This document shows positions 41,001 through 53,200 of a stretch of DNA of 64,000 bases, piece after piece. The notes beneath the pieces were generated by a model that saw nothing but the letters and a program-made list of their open reading frames with translations, did no database searches and had not been told where the DNA came from. Position 1 is the first letter of the stretch; each line of letters begins with the position of its first letter. Source of the DNA: Apostichopus japonicus (taxonomy: Eukaryota). Location of the stretch: NCBI RefSeq assembly GCF_037975245.1, contig NC_092565.1:23274063-23338062 (forward strand), read 5' to 3'. Position numbers and translations under genes: made by a program.

Positions 41001-41191
41001 TTGATCTGATTGTATTCGTGCTTGATTACGTCATTATATTTCCAACATTCATATCTTTTCTCTTCCAGGTTAATCTACTGAAAAGCCTGGGAATCAAATC
41101 TACCTTAATAACTGATGGCAACTCTCCCATAAATCTCTTCCAAACGAGTGAAGGTTTAGTCGCTGGAAATACCGGAAAGGGCAAAAAATGA
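19977..41191 (+). CDS. MVP: MVP major vault protein gene (CDS span, 25 coding exons, 863 aa predicted)
   Basis: Spliced translation contains [163 protein letters not shown]. Collinear with vertebrate MVP across all MVP repeats, the shoulder and the cap-helix. All junctions GT-AG. Cumulative phases consistent (2592 nt). Confidence 0.92.
20887..21020 (+). CDS. MVP: MVP exon 2
   Basis: [45 protein letters not shown]. Acceptor ttgcag and donor gtaagt. Confidence 0.85.
21742..21805 (+). CDS. MVP: MVP exon 3
   Basis: (K)[21 protein letters not shown]. Acceptor atcag and donor gtaacc. Confidence 0.8.
22493..22559 (+). CDS. MVP: MVP exon 4
   Basis: [22 protein letters not shown]. Acceptor ttgcag and donor gtaaga. 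Confidence 0.9.
22884..23041 (+). CDS. MVP: MVP exon 5
   Basis: [53 protein letters not shown]. Acceptor gatag and donor gtaagt. Confidence 0.85.
23409..23500 (+). CDS. MVP: MVP exon 6
   Basis: [30 protein letters not shown]. Acceptor tttcag and donor gtaagt. Confidence 0.85.
23600..23669 (+). CDS. MVP: MVP exon 7
   Basis: (V)[23 protein letters not shown]. Acceptor cttacag and donor gtaaga. Confidence 0.85.
24305..24466 (+). CDS. MVP: MVP exon 8
   Basis: [54 protein letters not shown]. Acceptor gacag and donor gtgagt. Confidence 0.85.
24501..24870 (+). mobile_element. TTAA-flanked MITE copy 1 (370 bp) inside MVP intron 8
   Basis: Terminal inverted repeats AGGCATTGAAGACTCGCC / GCGAGTCTTCATACCCT. 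TTAA immediately outside both ends (24497-24500 and 24871-24874). A second copy in inverted orientation lies at 44889-45233. Confidence 0.65.
25288..25429 (+). CDS. MVP: MVP exon 9
   Basis: [47 protein letters not shown]. Acceptor ttctag and donor gtaaag. Confidence 0.85.
25734..25835 (+). CDS. MVP: MVP exon 10
   Basis: (G)[33 protein letters not shown]. Acceptor tttcag and donor gtaagc. Confidence 0.85.
27936..29769 (-). pseudogene. degenerate Cys/His-rich antisense ORF cluster in MVP intron 10 (transposon or nested-gene remnant, unclassified)
   Basis: Overlapping frame-shifted minus-strand ORFs at 29769-29533, 29575-29336, 29499-29215, 28756-28508 and 28220-27936. They encode e.g. [52 protein letters not shown] and [16 protein letters not shown]. 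The frames switch without GT-AG boundaries, so this is decay rather than introns. Confidence 0.3.
30339..30450 (+). CDS. MVP: MVP exon 11
   Basis: (E)[36 protein letters not shown]. Acceptor ccttag and donor gtaagt. Confidence 0.85.
31036..31096 (+). CDS. MVP: MVP exon 12
   Basis: (R)[20 protein letters not shown]. Acceptor tatag and donor gtaatt. Confidence 0.85.
31858..32158. repeat. tandem duplication of a unit of about 180 bp in MVP intron 12
   Basis: gtaaagattgaatacatc(t/c)ggtagtagtgttttg(t/c)agacgtgtagtgtgtctgcactcttagtctagc...ctcatgggtttgtacttgtattat occurs twice, with an extra internal partial copy. Confidence 0.6.
32386..32480 (+). CDS. MVP: MVP exon 13
   Basis: [31 protein letters not shown]. 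Acceptor cacag and donor gtaagt. Confidence 0.85.
33309..33393 (+). CDS. MVP: MVP exon 14
   Basis: (Q)[28 protein letters not shown]. Acceptor aacag and donor gtgaag. Confidence 0.75.
34035..34091 (+). CDS. MVP: MVP exon 15
   Basis: [19 protein letters not shown]. Acceptor ttacag and donor gtaata. Confidence 0.85.
34625..34695. repeat. imperfect (CA)n microsatellite
   Basis: cacactcacacacaccattgttgcacacacacacacaaccacacacacacaca. Confidence 0.6.
34860..34956 (+). CDS. MVP: MVP exon 16
   Basis: [32 protein letters not shown]. Acceptor aacag and donor gtatgt. Confidence 0.85.
35426..35505 (+). CDS. MVP: MVP exon 17
   Basis: (A)[26 protein letters not shown]. Acceptor ctacag and donor gtaatg. 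Confidence 0.85.
35749..35808 (+). CDS. MVP: MVP exon 18
   Basis: [20 protein letters not shown]. Acceptor ctgcag and donor gtcagt. Confidence 0.85.
36294..36372 (+). CDS. MVP: MVP exon 19
   Basis: [26 protein letters not shown]. Acceptor cattag and donor gtgagt. Confidence 0.8.
36825..36967 (+). CDS. MVP: MVP exon 20
   Basis: (G)[47 protein letters not shown]. Acceptor aacag and donor gtgagt. Confidence 0.85.
37690..37790 (+). CDS. MVP: MVP exon 21
   Basis: [33 protein letters not shown]. Acceptor ttttag and donor gtgagt. Confidence 0.85.
38269..38449 (+). CDS. MVP: MVP exon 22
   Basis: (S)[60 protein letters not shown]. Acceptor tgtcag and donor gtgagg. Confidence 0.85.
39070..39261 (+). 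CDS. MVP: MVP exon 23
   Basis: [64 protein letters not shown]. Acceptor gttcag and donor gtgaaa. Confidence 0.85.
39295..39790. repeat. minisatellite of about 60 bp x about 8.5 in MVP intron 23
   Basis: Unit gggaggaaagggtgtaagcaggaccaaggcttgtgtactaaagattgcttggaggag. Begins about 35 nt after the exon 23 donor. Accounts for the spurious ORF 39088..39540 and its antisense partner. Confidence 0.8.
39910..39990 (+). CDS. MVP: MVP exon 24
   Basis: [27 protein letters not shown]. Acceptor cttgcag and donor gtaaag. Confidence 0.85.
41069..41191 (+). CDS. MVP: MVP exon 25 (terminal, stop TGA 41189-41191)
   Basis: [40 protein letters not shown]. Acceptor cttccag. Confidence 0.9.
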   Translation, partial: VNLLKSLGIKSTLITDGNSPINLFQTSEGLVAGNTGKGKK

Positions 41192-44100
41192 TGTGATATG
41201 GTCATTTTATTGGTTGATTGAATGTATCCTTGACAACAACCTGTTTGGTTTTCTTATCTGTTTACAATACTCGCAGAATTCAAGTCTCAAGTAATCAAGT
41301 CTTTGGAGCAATGTTTAGTGCAAGGATGTTAAAAAAGGGGAAATTCCCCAGTCAATTTATGTTAGGGGTGATTTTTTTTTTTGTGGGGGGATTTTCAAGA
41401 GTGTTAGTAGTTAGACATATCTACAGATGCCGGTACGGAAATTTAGCGCACATATAGTACATACACTGTAGAGTGCCGCACTAACGAAGCCAGTGTTTCT
41501 TTTTGGAAAGATTTGACCAATCACAATTACTCCTTACAAAAATTGACAAAGCTTTATAATATCCAGCTTTTTATTGGCAAGTTTTGTAACTACAGTAATG
41601 GTGCAAGTAGCGGGAAGTACCAGGAATTGTGGGAGATTCCCCCAAAGAGAAACTATTTTTGTGGGACCCTCAAGGTAAATTGCTGGAATCCTGCAATCGG
41701 ATGTCCTAGTGTGAACACTGCTTCAGAGTCCTTATATAGTGTTACTCTGAGTACCTGCTGTTTTCTTATTGTAAACAGGAAAATTATGCAACAATCTGAA
41801 CTACAAGAAAATTCATGTCATTGTATATGTAAAGCCCAGGTTGCTTAAAGTTGCAAGCAAGAATACTAACAAGTGGAGTGGGGAGAGGTGGGGGGAGGGA
41901 GGGGTGTTTTGAGTTGGTTGCTTGGTTGAAAGTTATTTTGAAAACCAATAACATGTCCTAACAGTAATAAACTTTGGCATTTTTTCTGATATTGATATTG
42001 GAACAATCACTAATTATGATTTTAAGATTACTCCACCACTTTATATGTCCATCAGGCAGGTTGGCCTTCCCTGGTTTATAGTTTATAAAACAGTAGTAAC
42101 AGTAATTTGGTAATTTTTCTCTTTTTCATGTTTATTTCATATAAGGTTTTATATAAATAATGTGGTGAATAATAGCACGTGGCAGGTATACTTAGGGCCA
42201 CTTAGATATATTGATAATGGTCTTCATGCAATAGTTATAATGTACCTGGTCTTTCAACGTCTGTCTTAGTGGCCTTATCATTTATTCTGGAATATTTAAG
42301 CCACTCTGGTAAGAGATTCTTGTAAATGTTCTCCTTCAAACCTCTTAGATTTTTTTCATTCTTCTTTTTGAGCCCCATCCGAAGGGATTGAATAAGTCAG
42401 AGTTATTTTCAGAGTTTACCCAATTATGTCAAGTTTTCAAGTACTGCCATACTTGTTTGGTATTAAAAGTTATTATAAATTAACTGCCATTTTAACAGTT
42501 CTTACTTTGTGTTTAATTTCGTGAATCAAGCCGGTAATCAGGTTTCTAACAATCCAGTATGCATTTAAAAAAATGAATAATTATTATAGTTTATGTATTT
42601 AAATTACATGCAATTTTGGTGAGAGAATGGAATTAAATTGGAGAGATAATTGGAGTTTATGATTGCAAAGATTAAATAAGGGCATATATTGTCATGTAAC
42701 TACCCAAGAAAGAGTTGTTTTCCTCTTTTGTTTTTACATTTGCTTGATTAATACAGGGAAACGTTAGGACCAAAGTTAAATGAATGAATACTGACCAGTA
42801 CAGTATCAGGTCATCAGTTGAGGGTGGAATTTTGAGGGGAGGGGGGGGGGGATTAAAGGACCTTCATCCTCCCCAAACTTAAGAGTTGGGTGTAGTTTGG
42901 ATCTGCATCACTTTCAGTCACATATCACTTCCTGTGCGTCTCTGTTTTTTTGTTTTTTTTTGCGGTTTTCCCTGCACAAGATAATTACAGAAACCAGGCT
43001 TGCCTTAAAGTTTTGGTGGGTGGTAGGGCCTATTGGGATTGACAAACTTTCTGACTGCCTAGTGGTAAAATAGATATATCCTGAAGAAATGTCTGGTGTG
43101 TTAAGAGTGGGGGAGGGGGGGGGATGGGGTCGGCTTTAGGGAGTTGTAGACCAAACTTAAGCTGATTTTCCTCAACCATGCATTATAAAAAAATGGAAAC
43201 CAGCATTAGGATTCTGAATGCCTGGCCAGCACAAACCTCAAAATGTAAAGGTTTGGGACTATGTAACCCATTTGATATTGCTAATAATATTCTGTGTGGG
43301 ACGCTGAATTTAAAGACCCTTTTACGTGACTCGCCAGGTGGAGCCAAAATGTATTGGTCAAATCATCATTTCAAATTCAAAGCAGATTTCCACAGAAAAC
43401 AGAACCAACCCACTTACATCTTCCAATGAACGAATCTTATAAAACCACATAAGGCTGGGAACCCTGTTTGTTCACCAATTTTCTACCCCACATACCAACT
43501 TCTCCCTGTTCCCCTCCCCCTTCCCCCACCTCGATATGAAGCCATGAGTCAGATTTTGGTGCTAAAATAACAATCTGCCATTGATGGACCCTTCCACAAC
43601 ATTATATCACTGACACTTATTACATTGTAAATGTTTTTGAAGACTACAAAAAAAAAAAACTATCATGGGACAAGTACAATAATAAGTTTGATTTGGACTA
43701 CAGTATGTGACTATTATGTAATATATATGACTCCCACTAACCCACTCACCCCACCCCCTTTACCATCAGAATTAGAAACGTCCATGTCATCAAGCGACTG
43801 GGGCTTCAGAAACTTGCACAAGAAATGAATCAAGGAACAGGATGTGAAAATTACAGATTATTAATATTCATCATCTGAAAGAGAATGACTTTTAGATACG
43901 GATGCTGAAAAGGTTACCATAGAAACACTCATTGTTTTAGAGGAAAGTATATTAATGCATTGTACCCTCTCATTGACTGTTATTAGCTACTGGCTCTGAC
44001 AATGTTGATTTATCTTAAGTTATTTTAACCTGATCACTAGCTTAGAAATACCATCTTCAATATTCATAAGAAGTGAAATAGCATTTAAGATTTCAGATAA

Positions 44101-44888
44101 ATACTTAATCCAATGACATTTTCATCAAGCCTAAAAGGTTATACCATTAGTTAAAATGAAGATGAGTAAAAATTTCATAGGTAACTTGATGAAAATAAAA
44201 AAATCAGTCCAATCATAAATATTTACAAACTAGCACTCTGAGATGATCATATTTATATGATGAAAATCAATGTCTGCAAACTAGGTTAGACAAAAATAAA
44301 AAATAAATCTTCTTTTACAAGTCTTGGGGTTTTGACTTTATTTAGCAGTCATGACTTTGATTGTCAATTTGTGGCAATATTATCAAACCTACCAGTTATT
44401 ACATGGAAAAAGATTGTGAAGATTTTGGTATAAAATAAAGCTTATTTAACATTTTTAACAATTTAAGCATTTCTTTGACCAGAGAAGTTACTACTGTACA
44501 AGTATTAAAGGATGATGTTATTAGTCAAGGTTGTCTTTCTATAGCAATTTTAATTGTTGAGCTATGACCCTTTAAAGAGATTAGGTTCATCAATAAAAGT
44601 GACTGGACAATATAGTCTAGTACATAGACTGTTAGATTAGTTCCTCAGATGCAATACAAAACCCAATGGAAAACATAAGAATTTGATGGTCTCAAATAAC
44701 ATGTTTATATGATGTGTTACACATTTTTCAAGGACAAATTATGTTGATAGTAATCCAAGGGTGTTCTTTTGTTGATATGAAGTTAAAAGATGTTTTGGTT
44801 GAGTTATTAGAATTGATAAAACAATGGATTCATATGGACATTGAAGGCCTGCACCGTAGAGCTCACATCATCATCAATCTAGCCTTAA

Positions 44889-45233
44889 AGGGTGTTTAGA
44901 CTCGCGCACAAAGAAACGTCTCATGCCGGTAATCTGACCTAGTTTCGCACGAGGTGTAACAGAAGTGTTAGACACCACCATCGATCCCAGAAAATACACA
45001 CACAGCTTGCTACCGTCGGTAATTAGACACTTGTGTACAGTCAACACATACAGCTACGGTCAATACCCACAACAGTGTACATAGCAGCGATGGACATCTC
45101 AGGTCTAGATAAAAGATAACAAGGTATCACGTTTCATTACTGTCTGCATTTTGTAGCGACAAGAAGAAAACTTCACTTGCAAGCAACGGAAAGTTAACTT
45201 TTTCAGAGGGCGGCACACCGTTTGGGGCGAGTC
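44889..45233 (-). mobile_element. TTAA-flanked MITE copy 2 (345 bp), intergenic, inverted relative to copy 1
   Basis: Termini AGGGTGTTTAGACTCGCGC / GGCGAGTCTTCAATGCCT. TTAA at 44885-44888 and 45234-45237. Internal sequence aligns as reverse complement to 24501-24870 over its full length. Confidence 0.65.
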
Positions 45234-48231
45234 TTCAATGCCTTTAAAGGATCATTCCCAGGGATTTAGTATATTTCAAAGATGAATATCTTGATAACTG
45301 TTATAGTTATATAGAAACATCCATAGTGCTCAAATTTTTCTGTTTCCTTATACTAAAAAAGCATTTCTGCCTATTAGCCATCCTTTACCTGTATGAAGAT
45401 GGCAACTCTGATAGAATGACAATTCTCAAATGGCTCTGTCTGCATTATTTAAATTAAGTGAAATTCAAATAAGATCAAGGAAATGAAAGGCATAAATTAA
45501 TGGGAATATTTGTATCCATAACTATTGATGATTTACCAAACTCTCAAAAAAGTAAAAAGTCAACTTTGCTGACATTGTTTAGTGATAATTAAGTATTGTT
45601 TACATTTCTATTGTTTTAAGAAAACCAGATTATTAAATTAATGTTTACACTTTAAATTGTGTTTTTATCATTGTGATTTAATTTTGTTTCTTTTGCTCTA
45701 GGGTAAAAATTTTGTCATTTTTTTCTTTACAAATTTTTGTCATTGTTATTATATTTATTTACAAGGATATAATCTCTTCCATGACAGATAACAGGTGTGG
45801 GGATTGTGGGGGGGGGATTGAAACAAAGCACTTTTTTGTTTCTGTTTCTGAACATATGCACTGTGCTTTACATAATTCTTAGCAATAAGTGTAAAAATCC
45901 TTGAGTTTAATGAGAGGACTGAGCATGTACAAACGTACATCTCTTGATATATCCACTGCCTGTCAGTCTACGGGCAATGATGAAATTGTTAATGTTTGTG
46001 CTATTGAAACCAAGGAAAAACTAGCAAAATTTGAACAGTTTTAGCTTCAGATATGACCAGTATTAAAATGGTTGTATCACCCATGAACGAATCGTTTTCA
46101 CATTTGATCTGGCCGTCCAATTGTAAAAAATACCTTTAAATGTAGTTAAACTCTTTGACCCTGTTTATAACGATGTGTCGTCCACGAATTTGCCTTTACA
46201 TTATCACCACTCCTCGGGCTGTTTCAAATTAAAAGTTCCTCTTGTTTGTGTGTTTGTCTGTCTGTCTGTAATGTTAGTTACAATATCAAATACAATATTA
46301 GATTATGTTGAATATCTTGGAGCCTATCACAGCTTTTTAGGACCAGAGCAAAATTAACTCAATATGTATACATTTTAAATATGGGATCTGCCCAAGCTTA
46401 CCTTCTTGTTAACCAGGTTTTCACAATTTGACCCCTGGTGACCCCAAATGATATTTGACCTCCACAAAACAAGAAGCTTCTTGTTCTCAATGTGGTACTT
46501 CTACACACCACATATGAAATTGTTCGAACCTTCCCTTCTTCAGATATTGTGTTTACAAGCCAGGCGTCACAAAGCCAAACACACATATGCCATCATGAAT
46601 GCAAAGGTTACGAATTACCATCGAAACCAAAAATGTCTTCTTAAATAACACCTTTCAACGAGCCATTAAATTGGGCTTTCAGAAAACAGTTTGACTGTAT
46701 GGCTTATAAAAATATCAAAATGTAATTTAAAGCAATTTTGTATTTAAGCAGCAATGCAATATCTTTGATACTGAAATGAAATACACCTGGTACACTTAAA
46801 GGTACACTCTCTCACACAATACATCTATTCCAAACCAGTGCAACTTGTTCAATATTCATCTGCACCAGTACACTAATAACGCATGACAAAGCTTCGCTTA
46901 AATGTCAATCATACAGCTTTGTGAGTCTTTCAGTTAACATCATTTACAATACATGGATGCTGGTTTTCTAAAATACCCCTACCCCCCCCCCCCCCAAAGG
47001 TATAAACTAATGATGTTGATTATCTCATGTAAGTATCGGTTACCCATGTCAGCACTGACCAATGAAATACTCAGATATTTGACGTATCAATTATGCTACA
47101 GACTGTGTTAATGTGATGGTGACACCTGTAACCCGGTAAAATGCTTGACAGATGCCTTACTCACTAAAGTAAACACTTTCCTGGGTCTAGACAACGTTAG
47201 CTATACCTGGTATATATCATATGATTACAAAATAATCTATCTTGTCAAATGAACAAACAACCAGCTGAACAAGTTAGCCAATTCAAAGTGATCTGGAGTC
47301 TCGGGATATTGAGCATATGTTATCACACTACAGCTAAAAAACAAACTAACGTTACGTTTTGTGCTGATGTGTCTGCATTTGTGATCACACTACAGCTAAA
47401 AAACAAACTAACGTTATGTTTTCTGCTGTGTTTGTCATGGACGATATTATATTGCAAATTCACACCAGCTGCTTATAAACACTAAAATTGAAAGAATTCT
47501 TGGTTGGTAAGAACAGCCAATGAGAGTAGAGTACCATCAACGTCCTACAATATTATATAGAAAATATTCATAATATTAGTAATTATAAAAAGTGTTCACA
47601 AAACCTCACACACTGTTTCAGACAGCTCTGTAAGAAGATATTAGATTTGGATTTTTAATGACACAAGCAAAGAGAAAAATTTAAGAATACCATTCTATAA
47701 GTTGAGCATAACCATCATAAATTATTATCATATTTTGTCCATTTCTTGGTCCACAATGACAGGTCCAATGAGAATTAATAAATGAATGAAAGAGTAACAT
47801 TTGATGTTAACTTGAAAACTATTATATCTTACTTTAATAGACATACTAATCAAGAAAAACAATCTGTACTGCATGGAGCTAATCATATACTTATTAACGA
47901 GGTAACAACCACCTTTTCATTTACATATATTCAAAACCTTCAGACTTTTCTTTTAGGAATTAATATTGTGGTACCCTTTCTTCATATTCCCACCCATCTG
48001 AAAAAATTTGAAATTATAAAGATAGAAAAGGTATTATACATATGACAAAAGTACTCTAATATTTTCTCATTATCTGCGATCCCAAAACCTCATACGTGAA
48101 ATTAGCATCTTGAATAATGAAACAGAAGCCAACAAATGGACAATATCGCCTTCACCAATGTAACATGATACCTCTTATTCACACTACCATGTTTAGTTTA
48201 AAAAATAATGTTAATAAGATGGATCAATGTA

Positions 48232-48595
48232 GAGTAGAGGTTATCTCAAAGCAGAGGTTATCTCAAAGTAGAGGTTATCTCAAAGAAGAGGTTATCTCAG
48301 AGCAGAGGTTATCTCAAAGTAGAGGTTATCTCAGAGTAGAGGTTATCTCAAAGTAGAGGTTATCTCAGAGTAGAGGTTATCTCAAAGTAGAGGTTATCTC
48401 AAAGTAGATGTTATCTCAAAGTAGAGGTTTTCTCAGAGTAGAGGTTATCTCAAAGTAGAGGTTATCTCAAAGTAGGGGTTATCTCAAAGTAGAGGTTATC
48501 TCAAAGTAGAGGTTATCTCAAAGTAGGTGTTACCTCAAAGAAGAGGTTATCTCAAAGTAGAGGTTATCTCAAAGTAGAGGTTATCTCAAAGAAGC
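48232..48595. repeat. 17-bp tandem repeat (agaggttatctcaaagt)n, about 21 copies
   Basis: read directly, with minor variants (gcagaggtt, aagaggtt, gtagatgtt). Confidence 0.85.
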
Positions 48596-49094
48596 ATGCT
48601 TTAACCATTCATTGCAAAGAAACCATTTCTGCCAATCACAAAAGCAAATGCACTACATTGGCTGTTACAATTGCAATCCAAATGCCTTCTGCTTTTTTAT
48701 TTTTAATGTAGCCTGCCAAGAAACAAGCTGCATCTTGTTTGTCCAGCCTTTCAAATGTAGTGAAGCATATATATTTTTGGGAGGGGGGGGGGGGGGGGGG
48801 GAAAGGGAGACCTACTCCTGATCAAATAACATCCTGAATTTTCATGATGAGTTTCATCATGACATTGTTCATCAATGTGAATTTCCAACGAAAAATACAA
48901 AAGACAATCTTCCTTATTTGAAAGTAAAAAGTGATTTGATATATTGGAAAAGGTTATTCAAACATTTGATGAAGTGGCAACTGATGACTTTCTTAAAACG
49001 TAGAAAATACAACAAACATTATAAAACTTACTGGTTTATATATTTACGAGTGACCCACTTACTTTGTGGGTAGAAAAATGAAGGAAGGCCATTT

Positions 49095-49200
49095 GGGCCA
49101 GTGAGGGTGTACAGTGTTAAAAGATTACCAGGGCATTCTAGACACGGTAGAATGCGGTGCATAGGTTGTGGGGAGACAGGTAAGTGGGGAACGAAGTAAA
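49095..49200 (+). repeat. dispersed SINE-like repeat, copy 2 of 4
   Basis: acagtgttaaaagattaccag...tgcggtgcataggttgtggggagacaggtaagtggggaacgaagtaaat. Confidence 0.45.
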
Positions 49201-49799
49201 TCTACTCCATTACGACTATTTTCAAATTTTATACTGTTTGGAAAGTTAAATCTATAGAAAAATGAAACACTTTTGCCCATGTAAGCCTTGTGGATATCAT
49301 TAGCATTATCTTCACATGCAATACTTATTAGTTGAAGGTGTGTCAAGAGCTAAAAGCTGGCGAACACTTAAGACTCCTTCACCACCTCCCCCCCCCCCCC
49401 CGTCCCCAACAACCTCTCCACTCCCCTTACCTCTCAAGTCTTCTATATGGAACTTGAAAACAGTAAACAAAATTTGTATAGAAAGTGGTTTGTAGAAAAG
49501 AATAGCTCTTCCCAGCAATTGTGCATGCCTGTAGCTAAATACTCATGTGCAGTACTTAGTAGCAAATCTGACTAATAACATCGTCAGCTTCACCACCCCT
49601 TCCTCTCTCTCCTTTGGAATCATCTGCATTATAAAAGTTACGTTTCCAAAAAATGCCCATGCTTTGGAAATGGATGTTAAAAACAAAACAGCAATGTAAC
49701 TAAAATGTCACAGTATATAGGAGAAAGAGTATCTGTAGGTGTCAAACTCAAGAACAAAAACTTCAAAAATGAAGACCAGCAATGGAAGACTTTTGCAGA

Positions 49800-50160
49800 A
49801 TTTATTTATAAATCAAAATTAATCTCATAGTTTAGTCTTCACCACGAGACCAATGAGCGTTGCCCTATGCTGCAGTCTCCATGGGTGAGACCACTAAATT
49901 TAGTCTCACACTTTGGTCTGCACCGTGAGTCCATGAAAATATGCCTATAGATTGGTCTGCACCGTGGGAACATTGAATTTAATCTCATAGTTTGGTTTTC
50001 AGTTGTCAGACCGCTAAGTTTAAAATGGTCTCATAGCGTGGTCTTGACAGAGAGACCATTGAACCAGTCACCAATATAGTTTGGTCTTCATTGTGAGACT
50101 GTTTGGTCTCATAGTTTTGGTCTTCACTGAGATGCGGTTGAGTCTGTCTCCGTATCTACC
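49800..50160. repeat. degenerate short tandem array (units like gtctcatagtttggtcttcaccgtgag) in the PANK 3' region
   Basis: Repeated tggtct/gtctca/gagacc motifs at 20-40 bp spacing. Overlaps the PANK stop codon region. Confidence 0.5.
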
Positions 50161-50282
50161 TCTCTGCCGCTGCTGTGGCTGCCATTTTGCTCCTTGTGAG
50201 GTGATGAGATGATATCTGTGTTGCTGCTTTCGTGGGAATAACCCATGAGTTGAAGGAAGGCACCTACGGATCCAAAATAGCC
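50124..50282 (-). CDS. PANK: PANK terminal coding exon (stop TGA 50126-50124)
   Basis: [52 protein letters not shown]. Acceptor tttag. The C-terminal tail is longer than in vertebrate PANKs, so the downstream boundary is less certain. Confidence 0.65.
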   Translation of the reverse strand, partial: GYFGSVGAFLQLMGYSHESSNTDIISSPHKEQNGSHSSGREVDTETDSTASQ

Positions 50283-53200
50283 CTAAACCGCCACAAAAAA
50301 AGAGAGAGATGAAAATAAGACAACAACAGAAGAAAACAAATAAGCCAATGGTCTACAATAGCATTAAGTTTATGATAGAAACAACACTGTAATGATTTTG
50401 AATACTGTCGATTTCAAGTGATCAACAAGGCCTTTTAGACTGACTTTATATGTAGACATATTTTAACATGAAAAGCGATAGGGTTCACTAAGTGGGACAT
50501 ACCTTCCAAGAAGTAACATTACACACAGCTGTGCTTTTTGAGTTATCAAGTGTTGCTTTATCACTATACATAGGTGAAACTACACAGTAGGTATGCAAGT
50601 CACCCAAGCTTTACTTTTGTAGATGACATATTACAAGTTTTAAACATCAATCTCTTTTGACTTTGAAACAGGATAGATCTTTTTTGCACCCTCCAAAGTT
50701 TACAAATTATACAAAGTGTTTCATACCTGCTGATATCAAGTGACCTATGACCTTCACCAGAAAGGGAGACCTTTATAATCAGCATAACTATCATTGATTT
50801 GTGGTTGGCTTACTACAAGCCACGCTGTGCAGTTTCCTACGATATATTTCAAGGAGGGTTGGAGAGTATGTACAAGGAGGAATGGACAGGGAAATGAAGT
50901 GGCCATGATACAATTACTCAGCTACCGATTATGTGGACTTCCCGCAACATTATCTCATTGAAGAAGCCATCGATATCTATAATAACCAAAAAATTATAAA
51001 AAGATGATGAAGAATTATTAAAGATAATATCCAGACTAACCTCATGCTCTAGGAAGAGAGCTTTTAATGCGCCTCCCGACCAATAATCCATTGCGTAGGC
51101 CAAGAGCTTCATTGCTATTGGGTTAACTCTCAGGAAATTGCCCACAAATACTACACGAGTTAATTTCTGCAAGAAGAAAGAGAAAAGATTGGGAGTGAAA
51201 CTCTGTACTACAGCAATCAAGATGTGATGTTCTTCTTGTACTTGAGGACACTGACCTGAATAAAAGTGAATTTTTATTGTTTTTATGGCTATACGCAAGA
51301 ATTGTCCATAGAAGATATCAGTGTTCTGTTATAGATTAGACATTTTGCTGCAATGTCACCTTAGACACTACGTCACTTTTGTACACACAATTCTTGAGGC
51401 ATTTGTTACCTCCAGGGCAGTAAACCAGTAGCATTGTTGCGATATGAGATTTTTCCATATCGATATACCGTTAATTCTGTTCTGCTATATATATTGTCAA
51501 GAGTCATTCCAATTTCAACTCAGCAAACTCCAGTCACAAAGAGCAGTACTCTTTGCATGATTGATATAATTTAGTCCAATTATCAGTACCAGTAAGACAC
51601 ATTTTTCACCCCAGTTGATTTTTTCTGACAATCCATTTTCAACTAATCAACTTATAAAAAAATGGAAGCAACAACATTTCAGTTCAAGAACATATACCAT
51701 ATTTCTTTGATTTTAGTTTTTTCAAATGTCTTTTCTTTTGCATTCGTGATCAATTTTTATAAGATGTTGCACTAAAATTTAGGATCAGGTGATCTGGTGG
51801 CGGTTTCAATATAAAAAAGTAGAATTTTTATACTTTTTATTTTAAATACGTACACTCAATAAAATGGTTAAAACAAAAATATGGTTATGATTTTACAAGG
51901 GTTGCACCACTTCCATCAATCTGACAATGTCTTCTGAGCATTCATCTACTTTAAATCGTTCTTGTTTTGAACCATCAATCGTTAACTCTCTGAGTTGAAG
52001 CACTCACCAAATTCATGGCAGTCATCATAGCCAGAGAGCCGATATTGTTTGTGATCGTAACAAGAGTTGCTCGGGCTAGATCAGCTTTTGAAGCTTCCTC
52101 TCTCTTCTCTTTTCGATGCATAAATCCAAAGCTGTGGGAGAGTAGAAATATCACTCCACATGTTAACTCAATTAACCAAAAAGTACATTAACAGTAGAAG
52201 TTAACAGTACATTAACAGTTAACAGTAGAAGTTAACAGTAGAAGTTAACAGTAGAAGTTAACAGTAGAAGTTAACAGTACATTAACAGTAGAAGTTAACA
52301 GTAGAAGTTAACAGTTAACAGTACATTAACAGTAGAAGTTAACAGTAGAAGTTAACAGTTAACAGTACATTAACAGTAGAAGTTAACAGTAGATTAACAG
52401 TTAACAGTACATTAACAGTAGGAGTTAACAGTAGGTTAACAGTTAACAGTACATTAACAGTAGAAGTTAACAGTAGAAGTTAACAGTTAACAGTACATTA
52501 ACAGTAGAAGTTAACAGTAGATTAACAGTTAAGAGTACATTAACAGTAGAAGTTAACAGTAGATTAACAGTTAGGTACATTAACAGTAGAAGTTAACAGT
52601 AGATTAACAGTTAACAGTACATTAACAGTAGAAGTTAACAGCAGAAGTTAACAGTTAACAGTAGAAGTTAACAGTAGATTAACAGTTAAGAGTACATTAA
52701 CAGTAGAAGTTAACAGTACTGTAGATTAACAGTTAAGAGTACATTAACAGTAGAAGTTAACAGTAGATTAACAGTTAAGAGTACATTAACAGTAGAAGTT
52801 AACAGTAGATTAACAGTTAAGAGTACATTAACAGTAGAAGCTAACAGTAGATTAACAGTTAACAGTACATTAACAGTAGAAGTTAACAGTAGATTAACAG
52901 TTAACAGTACATTAACAGTAGAAGTTAACAGTAGATTAACAGTTAAGAGTACATTAACAGTAGAATTTAACAGTAGATTAACAGTTAACAGTACATTAAC
53001 AGTAGAAGTTAACAGTACATTAACAGTTAACAGTACATTAACAGTAGAAGTTAACAGTAGATTAACAGTTAACAGTAGAAGTTAACAGTAGATTAACAGT
53101 TAACAGTTCATTAACAGTAGAAGTTAACAGTACATTAACAGTAGAAGTTAACAGTAGATTAACAGTTAAGAGTACATTAACAGTAGAAGTTAACAGAAGA

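Noticed and set aside
41966-41971. AATAAA about 775 nt downstream of the MVP stop as the poly(A) signal
   Set aside because: Plausible but unverifiable from sequence. Several A/T-rich hexamers exist, so it is not reported as a feature.
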